From an uncultured Ignavibacteriaceae bacterium (GTDB lineage Bacteria; Bacteroidota; Ignavibacteria; Tepidaquicellales; Tepidaquicellaceae): a stretch of DNA of 64,000 bases. Position 1 is the first letter of the stretch; each line of letters opens with the position of its first letter. Shown in pieces: positions 29,611-39,262 of the stretch. A program made the position numbers and the translations under genes. The DNA lies in NCBI GenBank assembly GCA_964615795.1, contig CAZTQR010000005.1, positions 12,025-76,024 of the forward strand, given 5' to 3'. The notes beneath the pieces are model-generated. The model was not told the origin of the DNA. It saw nothing but the letters and a program-made list of their open reading frames with translations, and did no database searches.

Positions 29611-30575
29611 TCAGAACTATGTCCAATCTTAGCAAATGACTCAATGTAAGCACTTGTTGTCTTGGAAAGTTTCATTATGGATGACCTTTTCTTTAATGTA
29701 CGGGGAAGGCTGAGAAAACCTGCCAGATATCCTTTAAGAGAATAGTGAAACTCCACAAACTTACCGGAAAGCAGTAGCGATATGAACGACTTGATTCTGA
29801 CTGCATTTGACAATGCCAGATATTTTGGCAGTAAATTCGTCGGTACATTCTTAAAAATCAGAGTTGTAAGGTTCTTCTCCTGCAGATAACTTTTCAATCC
29901 CCTGAATTTTCCTGAAGTTGCCCCAAGCTTATGAAAACAAACAGCCGAAGGGACATAATAGCACTTATGTCCTCCATGCTGTAATCTGAAATTGAAATCC
30001 ACATCTTCGTAATAAGAAACAAAATCTTCATCGAAAAATCCGACATCCTCAAATACTGCTCTGTCAAACATCACAGCTGCAGCACAAGCTCCAAATATAA
30101 ACTCAGACCTATCATATTGTCCTGTATCTTTGTTCCCAAATCCCCTTTTGTGCGGATATCCGTACCTGTTAATGAAATGTCCTGCTTCATCAATAGTATC
30201 TCTGTTGTTGAAGAGCAAGATCTTGCAGCCGACAGATCCAACTCCTTCATTAGCGAATCCTCTCAGCATTTCCTCAATCAGGTTATCACTGCACTCCGTG
30301 TCATTGTTCAATAGCATCACAAACCTGCAATCATTATCATGCAATGCAACCTTAACACCTTCATTTACCGCCCTTGCAAAGCCATAGTTCCTTTCAAGTG
30401 TAACAATCCTGACATCAGGATAATTAGCCTCGACAAACCTGACTGAAGTATCGGTCGAAGCATTATCAACCAAGACTATCCTGAGATCTTCAATCGTTTG
30501 ACGGCGTAGTGAATCAAGGCAGACCTTTAGATGGTGCAATCCGTTAAGATTTGGAATAACAACATATACACTCAT
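29607..30575 (-). CDS. Glycosyltransferase family 2
   Basis: 322 aa. Motifs VYVVIPNLNG, LVDNASTD, LNNDT and YYEDVDF. Confidence 0.85.
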   Translation of the reverse strand: MSVYVVIPNLNGLHHLKVCLDSLRRQTIEDLRIVLVDNASTDTSVRFVEANYPDVRIVTLERNYGFARAVNEGVKVALHDNDCRFVMLLNNDTECSDNLIEEMLRGFANEGVGSVGCKILLFNNRDTIDEAGHFINRYGYPHKRGFGNKDTGQYDRSEFIFGACAAAVMFDRAVFEDVGFFDEDFVSYYEDVDFNFRLQHGGHKCYYVPSAVCFHKLGATSGKFRGLKSYLQEKNLTTLIFKNVPTNLLPKYLALSNAVRIKSFISLLLSGKFVEFHYSLKGYLAGFLSLPRTLKKRSSIMKLSKTTSAYIESFAKIGHSSE

Positions 30576-30577
30576 CG

Positions 30578-31657
30578 CTAATCGCCGGAAATGATGTTAA
30601 GAAATTTTAGAACCGATTTATCCCAGCTGAATGACTTTCTCACGAGCACACTTCCATTCTCCGATAATTTCCTCAGAAGCAATTCATCCTCAACAAGCAT
30701 TTTCACTGCATTAAAGATCGTTTCCGGATTCTCCGGATCCGTATATATTACATCCTCGAAATTGGTTGCATATTCGGGCAGGAAGCCTACCATGGTGGAA
30801 ACAACTGCACATTTTGATGCCATTGCTTCTGCAATAGGCATACCAAAACCTTCTGTCTTACTGGAAAAAATGAATATGTCAGTTGCGAAGTAGATATCCC
30901 GGATCTTCTCTTCTTCAGGATCTTTGATAAATTCAACATACTCAGGAAGTTCATTATATTTGTCAAGTCCGAATGATACAAACCTCAAATTGTCAAATGA
31001 TCTCTTGAGCATCTCACATGCTACAATGGTTGACTTCACATTCTTTTTTTCAAGTCTGTAATCAACAAATGTAACGCACTTCTTATCAGAGTCGTATCTT
31101 TTTGAGATGTTATTATAGAGCTGAAAATCGAATCCATATGGGACGATCTCAGAATCAACTCCAAACTTCGTCTTTAGCAGATCATGCAAGTATTTTGTTG
31201 TCGTGATTATCGGAATTCCCAGGTTATATGACCTGTTGACTTCTGTCTCATCAGAATTCCAGATCTCATAGTCCTGAACAAAATAGAATTTCTTTCCTTT
31301 GCTTGCCTTAAGGTCTTTCAGGGAAGATGCTGTGTGCCAGATTGTTGCAATTGAAACATCGGCATCTCTGATGAAGCTGTTGTTTAGTAAGAAGACCTGC
31401 TTGATTTTGAAATTTCTTGAGTAAGAAATATCTTCGCAATCCCTTCTTTTTAAGAATTTCTTAACACCCCAGAACAAATGTTTAACGTTCATTACGTTGT
31501 TCACTTTTCCGTTGTAGAAATTATAATCAATAGTGGGATAATATACGATCACATCATGGCCCAAATTTGTCATGCGGTTACAGTATTCAAAAATAATCTT
31601 CATACCACCGGACTTGAATATCCCTGATACGAGAATATTTATCTTCAATTTTGTCAT
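30578..31657 (-). CDS. Glycosyltransferase family 4
   Basis: 359 aa. The C-terminus reads SSKTEGFGMPIAEAMASKCAVVST. Confidence 0.8.
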   Translation of the reverse strand: MTKLKINILVSGIFKSGGMKIIFEYCNRMTNLGHDVIVYYPTIDYNFYNGKVNNVMNVKHLFWGVKKFLKRRDCEDISYSRNFKIKQVFLLNNSFIRDADVSIATIWHTASSLKDLKASKGKKFYFVQDYEIWNSDETEVNRSYNLGIPIITTTKYLHDLLKTKFGVDSEIVPYGFDFQLYNNISKRYDSDKKCVTFVDYRLEKKNVKSTIVACEMLKRSFDNLRFVSFGLDKYNELPEYVEFIKDPEEEKIRDIYFATDIFIFSSKTEGFGMPIAEAMASKCAVVSTMVGFLPEYATNFEDVIYTDPENPETIFNAVKMLVEDELLLRKLSENGSVLVRKSFSWDKSVLKFLNIISGD

Positions 31658-33192
31658 TTTCTCAGTTTATTGTATATCTTTCTTAGAAAATCCAATTTAA
31701 AAATGAAAGTGATAATTAAGAAAATGCCGGCTGTCATGACTGCTGAAAATCCGATCGCCACAAGCAACCGCCAATCCTCAGCTCCCTCAGCAAAAGGCAG
31801 GATCTGCGATTTCGCCAGATAGCATAGAGACAATGTCAGTACAAACGACAATCCGACTTTTGAGACGTTTTTCCAGAAGGAATGAAATCTGCCAAGGAAT
31901 CTTCTTGCATAGCAGTTGAGAAGTACTCCATTCAATCCAAGCGTTACAAATGTTGCGACGGATATTCCATAATAGCCGAATATTTCAGTAAACATGAAGT
32001 TCAGAAAGATTCCCGTCAAATATGCAACACTGCTTAACAATGAAAGCCACTTGTACTTTTTCACTGCGAGGTACAGTGAAGTTGGAATTGTGAACAGTAT
32101 CCAGGAGAAAAAGGAGAGCACCTCCCAATAATATGGCTGTAGAATCTTATCAATGCCCGCAGAATCTATAGCACCGCGCTGATAGAAAAGCGTAAGAATT
32201 TCCCTTCCGCTGATCAGCATAAAGATGACTGCAGGACAGGCAATCACTAAGAGACTTAGAAGCGTATTCAGATATACTTCCTTGGTCACTATCTTCTTCT
32301 TGTATGAATACCCTTCAGCTATATCTGACAACAGTACGTTGAAAACCGAGTTGAATACAACCATCATTAAGACACCGGTGAAAGTCGATGCATAAGCTAT
32401 TGACGAAATTGCCCCTTCTCCGTATTCAGACGCGAAGACATTCCTTGAGTAGAAATAGATCTGGTTTATAAAGACAACCAGAAAGACAGAACCACTGCTT
32501 CTTATGATCTTCTTCGTAACATCGTCCGGCGATAAGCGAAAACCGGGAAATTGCCAGTTAAGCTTCAGGCTTCTTATGTTAACTATGAGAAGAATTGCTA
32601 CTAACACATTTCCGGCAGCCAGGCCAAACGCCAAATTGTAGATTATGCTGCCCTGATAGAATGGGACTATTATGGACGCAATCATCGCTACATTAATCAC
32701 AATTTGAATTATCAATGGAAATACAAAGTTCTTGAACGAATTGTATACCGACTGAAGGAAGGCCATAAGCACTTTTAGAAATATCAGGGGAAATATGATA
32801 GCAGCAATACTATAAGCCTCTAATTTTTTTTCCCCTGCAAATCCCGGCAATAGCAGGTCTATTATTTCCTTCCTGAAAATGATGGAGATCGTTGTCAGAA
32901 ACAAGCCAGCCAAAATGATTAGCTGAAAGAGATTTCCAAATGAATCTATGATCTTTGCTCTATCACTTCCTGCATTCAATGTGGAATACTCGCTGTTAAT
33001 TACTCCCCGCAATGAATCTATTCCAACAAGAACAATAATACCCTCCGGGATTGACACAACGGCACTGAATACATCTGCCTTGTCCGAAACTCCCATAAGT
33101 GAAGCAACGATAAGGTTTCTTACAACATCGAATAGCTTAACGAATGTTATTACAAGAAATGTCTTTGAGAATGCAGAGACAAGCTTACTCAT
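31654..33192 (-). CDS. MOP-superfamily lipid-linked oligosaccharide flippase (MurJ/MviN-like rather than classical Wzx)
   Basis: 512 aa with about 14 hydrophobic segments. The N-terminus VRNLIVASLMGVSDKADVFSAVVSIPEGI resembles the MurJ N-terminal signature. Confidence 0.7.
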   Translation of the reverse strand: MSKLVSAFSKTFLVITFVKLFDVVRNLIVASLMGVSDKADVFSAVVSIPEGIIVLVGIDSLRGVINSEYSTLNAGSDRAKIIDSFGNLFQLIILAGLFLTTISIIFRKEIIDLLLPGFAGEKKLEAYSIAAIIFPLIFLKVLMAFLQSVYNSFKNFVFPLIIQIVINVAMIASIIVPFYQGSIIYNLAFGLAAGNVLVAILLIVNIRSLKLNWQFPGFRLSPDDVTKKIIRSSGSVFLVVFINQIYFYSRNVFASEYGEGAISSIAYASTFTGVLMMVVFNSVFNVLLSDIAEGYSYKKKIVTKEVYLNTLLSLLVIACPAVIFMLISGREILTLFYQRGAIDSAGIDKILQPYYWEVLSFFSWILFTIPTSLYLAVKKYKWLSLLSSVAYLTGIFLNFMFTEIFGYYGISVATFVTLGLNGVLLNCYARRFLGRFHSFWKNVSKVGLSFVLTLSLCYLAKSQILPFAEGAEDWRLLVAIGFSAVMTAGIFLIITFIFKLDFLRKIYNKLRK

Positions 33193-34420
33193 TTTGCAGA
33201 GGCAAACTGAAATGGTATATGAATCCTAGAAAGATCATAAAGACCTGCATAACAAAATACTCCGGATAGACAAGAATATTTTCTACCATATTTTGCCCAA
33301 GCAAACCTAAGGTAATTGCCATCGACAATGAAATCTTGTTCTTGTATCTGCTGTACAAAGTGCTCTTTCTTTTGAGAAACACTTTCAGATAGAGCAACAA
33401 TATGAAAGCCGATACTCCAGCTGTAAATACAATTCCGAACTGAATCGAAAGAAGCAGAATGGAATTGTGCGGATCAGGAACTATCTCCCTGCTCCCAAAG
33501 AAGAACTTTTCACTTTGAAAAACTTCCAGGGCGTTGAAGACTCCGTATCCCCATAACATGTGTGAAGTGTCACGAAAAACCATGTCAATAGCTGTCGCCC
33601 ACAAGATGAATCGGGAAATTGAACTGTCTGACTTGCTAAGGATGAAATCGAACACCACGAGATACACTGCCGCAATCAGTGTGACAATTGTCAGAACGAA
33701 GATCTTCTTTGACCTGGAATATGTAAGCACCAGCAACGCAATGCATGTACCAAGATAACCTGCGCGGCTGAATGTGAACAATAGTGCCAGGAACAAGACA
33801 AGGCATATAATCACTGCAAACACCAAGCTGATCTTGCCGGCAAAGTATTTATACAAAACAATCGGGATAACTATGGTATAAACATTGGAGATTGTATTTG
33901 GATGCATGAAGAATCCTGTTGCCATCTTCGGATACAACTCATTGAAATTGATTCCTGCAAACAGAAGAAATAATGAAGACAATCCTATCAGCACTCCTGC
34001 TGCAAGGAACAAGTTTGTTGTTTTCTCAAATAGACGGTCATCCTGATAAAGCCTTCCCGCGAAATGGAAGAAAAAGATTGCAGAGATGAATAAGTAACTT
34101 AGTATCTTGAAAACAGCCTTTACGGACAGATTGCTATCAATTGTCTTAATGTTTACAAGAACAAAAAAAAGCACAAGAAAAATTGTGAAGGTGTTTAAGA
34201 TATTTAATTTCGGTAGTTCTTTGTTGAGGAAGTTGAAATCAAAAAATATAACAAGACTCAAGGCAGCAAGGAAGATTTGAAGGAAATATACAGCAGAGAA
34301 TACAATTCCTGCTCCGGCGATAACTGTAGATACAAATAGGCCGAAGAATAGGGTTGTAAGGATTAGGGTCTCAGGGATTGTGTACCTTACGTTAAGCTTA
34401 AGGCTATTAGTACGGACCAT
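33185..34420 (-). CDS. O-antigen polymerase / ligase-family membrane protein (Wzy-like)
   Basis: 411 aa and polytopic. It has the Wzy_C-like segment FTFSRAGYLGTCIALLVL. Confidence 0.7.
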   Translation of the reverse strand: MVRTNSLKLNVRYTIPETLILTTLFFGLFVSTVIAGAGIVFSAVYFLQIFLAALSLVIFFDFNFLNKELPKLNILNTFTIFLVLFFVLVNIKTIDSNLSVKAVFKILSYLFISAIFFFHFAGRLYQDDRLFEKTTNLFLAAGVLIGLSSLFLLFAGINFNELYPKMATGFFMHPNTISNVYTIVIPIVLYKYFAGKISLVFAVIICLVLFLALLFTFSRAGYLGTCIALLVLTYSRSKKIFVLTIVTLIAAVYLVVFDFILSKSDSSISRFILWATAIDMVFRDTSHMLWGYGVFNALEVFQSEKFFFGSREIVPDPHNSILLLSIQFGIVFTAGVSAFILLLYLKVFLKRKSTLYSRYKNKISLSMAITLGLLGQNMVENILVYPEYFVMQVFMIFLGFIYHFSLPLQNE

Positions 34421-34437
34421 CGCGGGGTGTCAGGACT

Positions 34438-35589
34438 TCACTTGGAGATATTCAACTTGACGTACCTCCACTTGTCCTTTAGTATAAAATACAGGAAAGT
34501 CATTACACCTGTTATGAACATCAAAATCAATACAGTTATTGCTCTTTTAGGCTTAACTTTCTTGTCTGGTACAGCGGGAGGATCAAGAACCAATACAGAA
34601 GGAGTTTCCCTTTTCTCTTCTATTCTTGCTTGCTCCAGAAGAGGGATCAGGGTTGTAAGTATTTTGTTTTGTATTTCTACATTCCGCTTTAGTCTCAAAT
34701 AGTTAAGAACTATTTCCGGTTTTCCCTTTAAAGTCAATACGTCTGTATCGTCGCCGTTGTTTTGAATGTTTGAAAGTTGCCTGGACAATTCCTCAATCTT
34801 CTGATTCTGAATCTTAATCTCTGACTCATCGGGAGCAAGAATCTTCTTCAGAATTTCAAGTTTTATCTCCTCCGATCTGATCTCGGATTCAAGTTCAATC
34901 TCTGCTTTGACTGCAGCCTGTACCTGCAAATCGGGAGCTATTCCAAATCGATCTTGATAGTCTCTGAGACTATCTTCTTTTGAGCTCAACTCCTGCTTTG
35001 CAAGTTCATATCTGCCTTCAATAAACTCTCTGTTGTTTCTCGCATTCAGCACATTCAACTCGGTATTGATACTGTTCAATTGGTTCACCATAAATTCAAC
35101 CATATCCTTTGCTTTGGCCGGATCTTTATCATAGATCCCGACCTCCAGTGTACCTGCAACCTTATCCTTTGTAACCTGCATTACTGTCTGGCGGAAGTAT
35201 TTTACAGCATCAAACATGTACTTGAATTTCTCCTCCTCCAATATATTAAAACTGACGATTGCAGCTTCAACACACCTGCGGCTCATCAGAATGTTCTCGT
35301 ATAATGCAAGCTCTTTCACTGTTGAACCACCACCCAGGCCGCTCAGCTCTCCGATATCAGGAACACCTTCAATTCCCATTAAACTGCTGATACCTGAAGA
35401 TTTTGATGTGGTCTTCAGAGTTGCTGAAGAATAGAAAATTGGGTCCATTGCAAAATAGACAACTAGAGCAGCCAGTATCCCCGACAACAATGTTATAAGA
35501 ACGATCTTCTTCTTATTCAAGAGAAAGATTCTGATCAAATCGTAATATGTATATTGTTTCGTATCTGAAATGGCCGTTGTTTCAGTCAT
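34438..35589 (-). CDS. Polysaccharide chain-length determinant (Wzz/PCP) without kinase domain
   Basis: 383 aa. It has an N-terminal TM (IVLITLLSGILAALVVYFAM), a long coiled-coil periplasmic region and a C-terminal TM (AITVLILMFITGVMTFLYFIL). There is no Walker A. Confidence 0.75.
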   Translation of the reverse strand: MTETTAISDTKQYTYYDLIRIFLLNKKKIVLITLLSGILAALVVYFAMDPIFYSSATLKTTSKSSGISSLMGIEGVPDIGELSGLGGGSTVKELALYENILMSRRCVEAAIVSFNILEEEKFKYMFDAVKYFRQTVMQVTKDKVAGTLEVGIYDKDPAKAKDMVEFMVNQLNSINTELNVLNARNNREFIEGRYELAKQELSSKEDSLRDYQDRFGIAPDLQVQAAVKAEIELESEIRSEEIKLEILKKILAPDESEIKIQNQKIEELSRQLSNIQNNGDDTDVLTLKGKPEIVLNYLRLKRNVEIQNKILTTLIPLLEQARIEEKRETPSVLVLDPPAVPDKKVKPKRAITVLILMFITGVMTFLYFILKDKWRYVKLNISK

Positions 35590-35592
35590 GAT

Positions 35593-37299
35593 TCACTTTC
35601 CGCTGTCCTTGATTAGTATGTATGTGGTCAATACTCCGAGTATCACTCCGGCAATCTGAGCTATCAGGGCAACATTCACTTCAAACGGCCTTTGGGTCTG
35701 CTTCGGAACATATACAAAATCTCCCGTCTCAACTATTGCTTCATCAGGTTTGTACCAGCCTCTGGAATTGAATTTGATTATCCGGGTATCGCCTTCTTCA
35801 GCTGCCAGACCATACCCGCCGGCCTTCTCAACATAGTAGTCAATATCCTTACCCTTCCTGAACGGAACGTAACCTTCCTGATTTACCTGACCAAATACAT
35901 AAACGATGTTCTTATTGTCGTTTATGTAAATGATGTCTTTGTCTTCCAGCAATACGTTTTCATTCTTGTCGTTGTTCTTAAAGAGCTTCTCAAAGTCAAC
36001 AACCACACGGTTTCGCTTTGACCTGATGTCAGTCTCAAAGTTTTCCATATCAATCTCGCTCATGATCAGATCACTTGCCCTCATATTAATGAGAATCTCC
36101 GCCGAATCCTTCGCCGCATATTCGGCATCATACGTTCTGAATAATATACACAATGGCAGGTACGCCTTGTCCGTAAATCCGCCGGCCATTTCAACTACGT
36201 CCTTAAGTTTTGTGTTCTTAAATGAGATCGGATAATACCCGGGACGTACTACTTCTCCAAGCACAAGCACAGAGATGTTCTTCTGGAAGTTAGTCTTGTA
36301 CTTTACAAAGAGCCTGTCAAACTTCTGTATCCTGTAATCCTTGTCATTCCTGAATGAGAGGTTGATCTGATCAAACTTTCCCGAAGATTCATAAGACCTG
36401 TAAAGCACAATGCTGTCAGGCTCCGCGTTCACATCAAATCCTCTTGCAATACCAACCACTGTTTCAAGATTGTCACCCTCCACATGCTCATAAGAACCGC
36501 CAAGCTGAACGGCGCCTCCGACATTTATGAAATTATTCTCAAGCCTGAGATAAGGTATCTTCAAAAGGTCTCCTTCAAGAAAGAAGGGATTGTGCTCATC
36601 ATTGTTGGTCAGAAAGTACTTGTAAATGTCAACTTTCTTTACAGTTCCGTCTTTTCTGACAAGCTCAATATTTCTCAGGGAGATCTGAGTGTTAAAGAAC
36701 TCCCTTTCGTTTGTCTTTTCATAAAACACTTTGGATGTGTTGAGCGTATCTACCAAGAGAACCTTGAGTATCTCCGAAACTCTGGTAACTGGCGAGACTG
36801 CAAAAGTGCCCTGTGTGAGGCCCGATACTTTAATAAGAAATGTTCTTGGAGTGCTCAATGTAAACGAAACACTGCTTGAGTAATAGCGGCTCTTTACGGC
36901 CGACACTACATCGTTCTTCGCCTTTGCTAATGTTTCACCGCTAACCCTCACTTCGCCGACCGTTGGAATAAGCACAGAACCTTCAGGGTTAACGACAAGG
37001 GGAAGCTGTTGAGTTACATATCCGTAAATTCCGAGCAGGAACATGTCATTCGGACCGACTACATAGTTGTTCGGGTCAATGGCACCTTCAATGGGAACAG
37101 TGGGAGATGCAGTTGTAGGGCTTATCTGATTCAGTATATCAGAAGCATCGGCATTGATACTTCCGATTCCGAAGTTCCCGGAGAGGCCGCTCTGCTGACT
37201 GCTCATCATCTCTTTTTCCCGGCTCGTCAGCTGAGAGTAAGCCTGTGCCGCAAAGAAAAAGAAAACAAGCGCAATTAATGCCACTCTGAAATTGCTCAT
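35593..37299 (-). CDS. Polysaccharide export protein (Wza/OPX family with SLBB repeats)
   Basis: 568 aa. It has a signal peptide, a Poly_export motif (YVVGPNDMFLLGIYG..GSVLIPTVGEVRVSGETLAKAKNDV) and repeated SLBB-like V-x-V-x-G-x-V segments. Confidence 0.8.
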   Translation of the reverse strand: MSNFRVALIALVFFFFAAQAYSQLTSREKEMMSSQQSGLSGNFGIGSINADASDILNQISPTTASPTVPIEGAIDPNNYVVGPNDMFLLGIYGYVTQQLPLVVNPEGSVLIPTVGEVRVSGETLAKAKNDVVSAVKSRYYSSSVSFTLSTPRTFLIKVSGLTQGTFAVSPVTRVSEILKVLLVDTLNTSKVFYEKTNEREFFNTQISLRNIELVRKDGTVKKVDIYKYFLTNNDEHNPFFLEGDLLKIPYLRLENNFINVGGAVQLGGSYEHVEGDNLETVVGIARGFDVNAEPDSIVLYRSYESSGKFDQINLSFRNDKDYRIQKFDRLFVKYKTNFQKNISVLVLGEVVRPGYYPISFKNTKLKDVVEMAGGFTDKAYLPLCILFRTYDAEYAAKDSAEILINMRASDLIMSEIDMENFETDIRSKRNRVVVDFEKLFKNNDKNENVLLEDKDIIYINDNKNIVYVFGQVNQEGYVPFRKGKDIDYYVEKAGGYGLAAEEGDTRIIKFNSRGWYKPDEAIVETGDFVYVPKQTQRPFEVNVALIAQIAGVILGVLTTYILIKDSGK

Positions 37300-38708
37300 A
37301 AGCCGAGGTACTTTATTGTATTGCTCAAAACGTCTCCGGTCTCGTCCTTTTCAAGCGTCTCACAGTAGATCCTCAAAAGAGGTTCGGTTCCGGATGCGCG
37401 GATGATCACCCATCCGTTTTCAAACTTCAGTTTGTATCCGTCAAGCGGGTCAATGTCAGTTATCTTCTTGCCTGCTATCACATCTCCTGCTTTCAGGTTC
37501 CTGCATTTCTCAAGGGCGGCAATTTTCTTTTCCTCAGTCGTGTGTAAGTCATTCCTTTGGTAATAGAACTCTCCGAACTCCTTTGCCAGATCGTTCTTGA
37601 TCTCCGAAATGCTCTTGCCGTATTCTGCCAGCATCTCAAGATACAAAAGCCCGTTGTAAATGCCGTCACGTTCAGGCAAATGCCCTTTGATTCCTATTCC
37701 TCCGCTCTCCTCCGCGCCTATAAGTACGTCATCTGTGATCATGATCTTGGAAATGTGCTTGAACCCGATGGGAACAGTTACCAGTTCTATTCCGTACTTG
37801 TCGCAAAATCTCTTGATCAGCTCGCTTGTGGAAAACCCTCTGACAACTTTTCCGGATAGCTTCTTTTTTTCGAAAAGATATTTGAGCAGCAATGCAAATG
37901 TCTTCTGAGCATCAAGGAACTCCCCCTTCTCGTCTATGATCGCTATCCTGTCCGCATCTCCGTCTGTAACAATTCCTATATCATATCCGCCCTTTTGCAT
38001 TTCGTTACAGATCTCATCAAGATTTTTTCTCACCGGCTCCGGTGCCCCGCCGCCAAAGGATGGATTGACTTCGCCGTGCAGTTGTTTGACCTCAATGAAG
38101 TTTGAGATCAGGTCCTGCCCCGCTCCGTACATAGCATCGTATATGACATTCAGCCCTGATGATCTGATCTTTGCAATGTCAATTCTTTCACCAATGTATT
38201 TGAGGTAATAACCTCTGCCGTCAAAATACTCCACCGCTCCTGTCTTGAGGAGTTCGTCAAGTGTCTTGACCGCAGGAGCTTCTTCTATGCTTTCAAGTTC
38301 TTTCTCGATCTTTGCTATTTCTTCCGGACTCATTGATCCGCCGAATTCATCTTTCAGCTTGTAGCCGTTGTATATGTAGGGATTGTGAGATGCAGTGATC
38401 ATCACCCCGAGCGCACAGCCAAGGTCCCTTGAAAGCAGTGAAACTGTCGGAGTCGTGACATACGAGTCGGTAAGAAGCACCTTGATGCCTTCTCCCGCTA
38501 TTACACAGGCAACTGATTCCGCAAACTGCCTTGACTGAAACCTCGTATCATATCCGATTACAAAACCTCTTCCCGACTTAGGGTGACTCTTAAAAATGCG
38601 CGCTGTGGCAAGAGCGACCCTCCTGACGTTGTGAAATGTGTAAGTGTCTGCAATTACACCTCTCCAACCGTCGGTGCCGAATTTTACAACTTCCTTACTT
38701 GACATCAA
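37296..38708 (-). CDS. Phosphoglucomutase/phosphomannomutase family protein
   Basis: 470 aa. It has the active-site loop ITASHNPYIYNGYK, the metal loop TDGDADR and the sugar loop GAEESGG. Confidence 0.88.
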   Translation of the reverse strand: MMSSKEVVKFGTDGWRGVIADTYTFHNVRRVALATARIFKSHPKSGRGFVIGYDTRFQSRQFAESVACVIAGEGIKVLLTDSYVTTPTVSLLSRDLGCALGVMITASHNPYIYNGYKLKDEFGGSMSPEEIAKIEKELESIEEAPAVKTLDELLKTGAVEYFDGRGYYLKYIGERIDIAKIRSSGLNVIYDAMYGAGQDLISNFIEVKQLHGEVNPSFGGGAPEPVRKNLDEICNEMQKGGYDIGIVTDGDADRIAIIDEKGEFLDAQKTFALLLKYLFEKKKLSGKVVRGFSTSELIKRFCDKYGIELVTVPIGFKHISKIMITDDVLIGAEESGGIGIKGHLPERDGIYNGLLYLEMLAEYGKSISEIKNDLAKEFGEFYYQRNDLHTTEEKKIAALEKCRNLKAGDVIAGKKITDIDPLDGYKLKFENGWVIIRASGTEPLLRIYCETLEKDETGDVLSNTIKYLGL

Positions 38709-38740
38709 ACTGGATTAGTTTTGGAAAATGTAAAGACTAA

Positions 38741-39181
38741 CTAAGCTGAGCCTCCTCTGTTAACCCGGACCCAGTCCTTTACATAATTGATTGTATCATA
38801 GGTGGGAGTGCCCGGAGTGAAAAGCTGGCCTACTCCCATTTTTTTGAGCTCTTCAATGTCCTGATCCGGAATAATTCCCCCGCCAAAAAGCAGAACATCA
38901 TTCAGGCCTTTGTTTTCCATCAGCGATTTGACCTTTGGAAAGACCGTCATGTGCGCACCGCTGAGAATGCTGATGCCGATTGCATCAACATCTTCCTGAA
39001 GAGCGGCTTCAACTATGGTCTCGGGAGTCTGTCTCAAACCTGTATAGATGACCTCTATTCCGGCATCTCTGAATGCCGCGGCTATAACTTTGGCTCCCCT
39101 GTCATGGCCGTCAAGGCCTACCTTTCCGATCAGGACCCGTATCTTCCTGTCAGCAGTGTTATTGTTTGTCATAATTGTCAT
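38741..39181 (-). CDS. Cobalamin-binding domain protein (methylmalonyl-CoA mutase small subunit / C-terminal domain-like)
   Basis: 146 aa. [16 protein letters not shown] carries the DxHxxG B12-binding motif. ISILSG and GGGIIP are also present. Confidence 0.85.
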   Translation of the reverse strand: MTIMTNNNTADRKIRVLIGKVGLDGHDRGAKVIAAAFRDAGIEVIYTGLRQTPETIVEAALQEDVDAIGISILSGAHMTVFPKVKSLMENKGLNDVLLFGGGIIPDQDIEELKKMGVGQLFTPGTPTYDTINYVKDWVRVNRGGSA

Positions 39182-39262
39182 TTAAGTTAAGCCAAATACA
39201 CTTTTACTTCAAGGGATTTTAGCCTCGCAAGCGATATTGCGGCTCCTTACCGGAGACCTGCT

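Noticed and set aside
34163-34170. Homopolymer tracts of 8 nt inside glycan genes as phase-variation switches: A8 at 34163-34170 in the Wzy-like gene, T8 at 32824-32831 in the flippase, A8 at 17077-17084 in the PGT, and A8 at 20622-20629 in hddC.
   Set aside because: Eight-nt A/T runs are expected by chance in AT-rich coding DNA. They encode ordinary Phe-Phe or Lys-Lys dipeptides, and all four genes are in frame.
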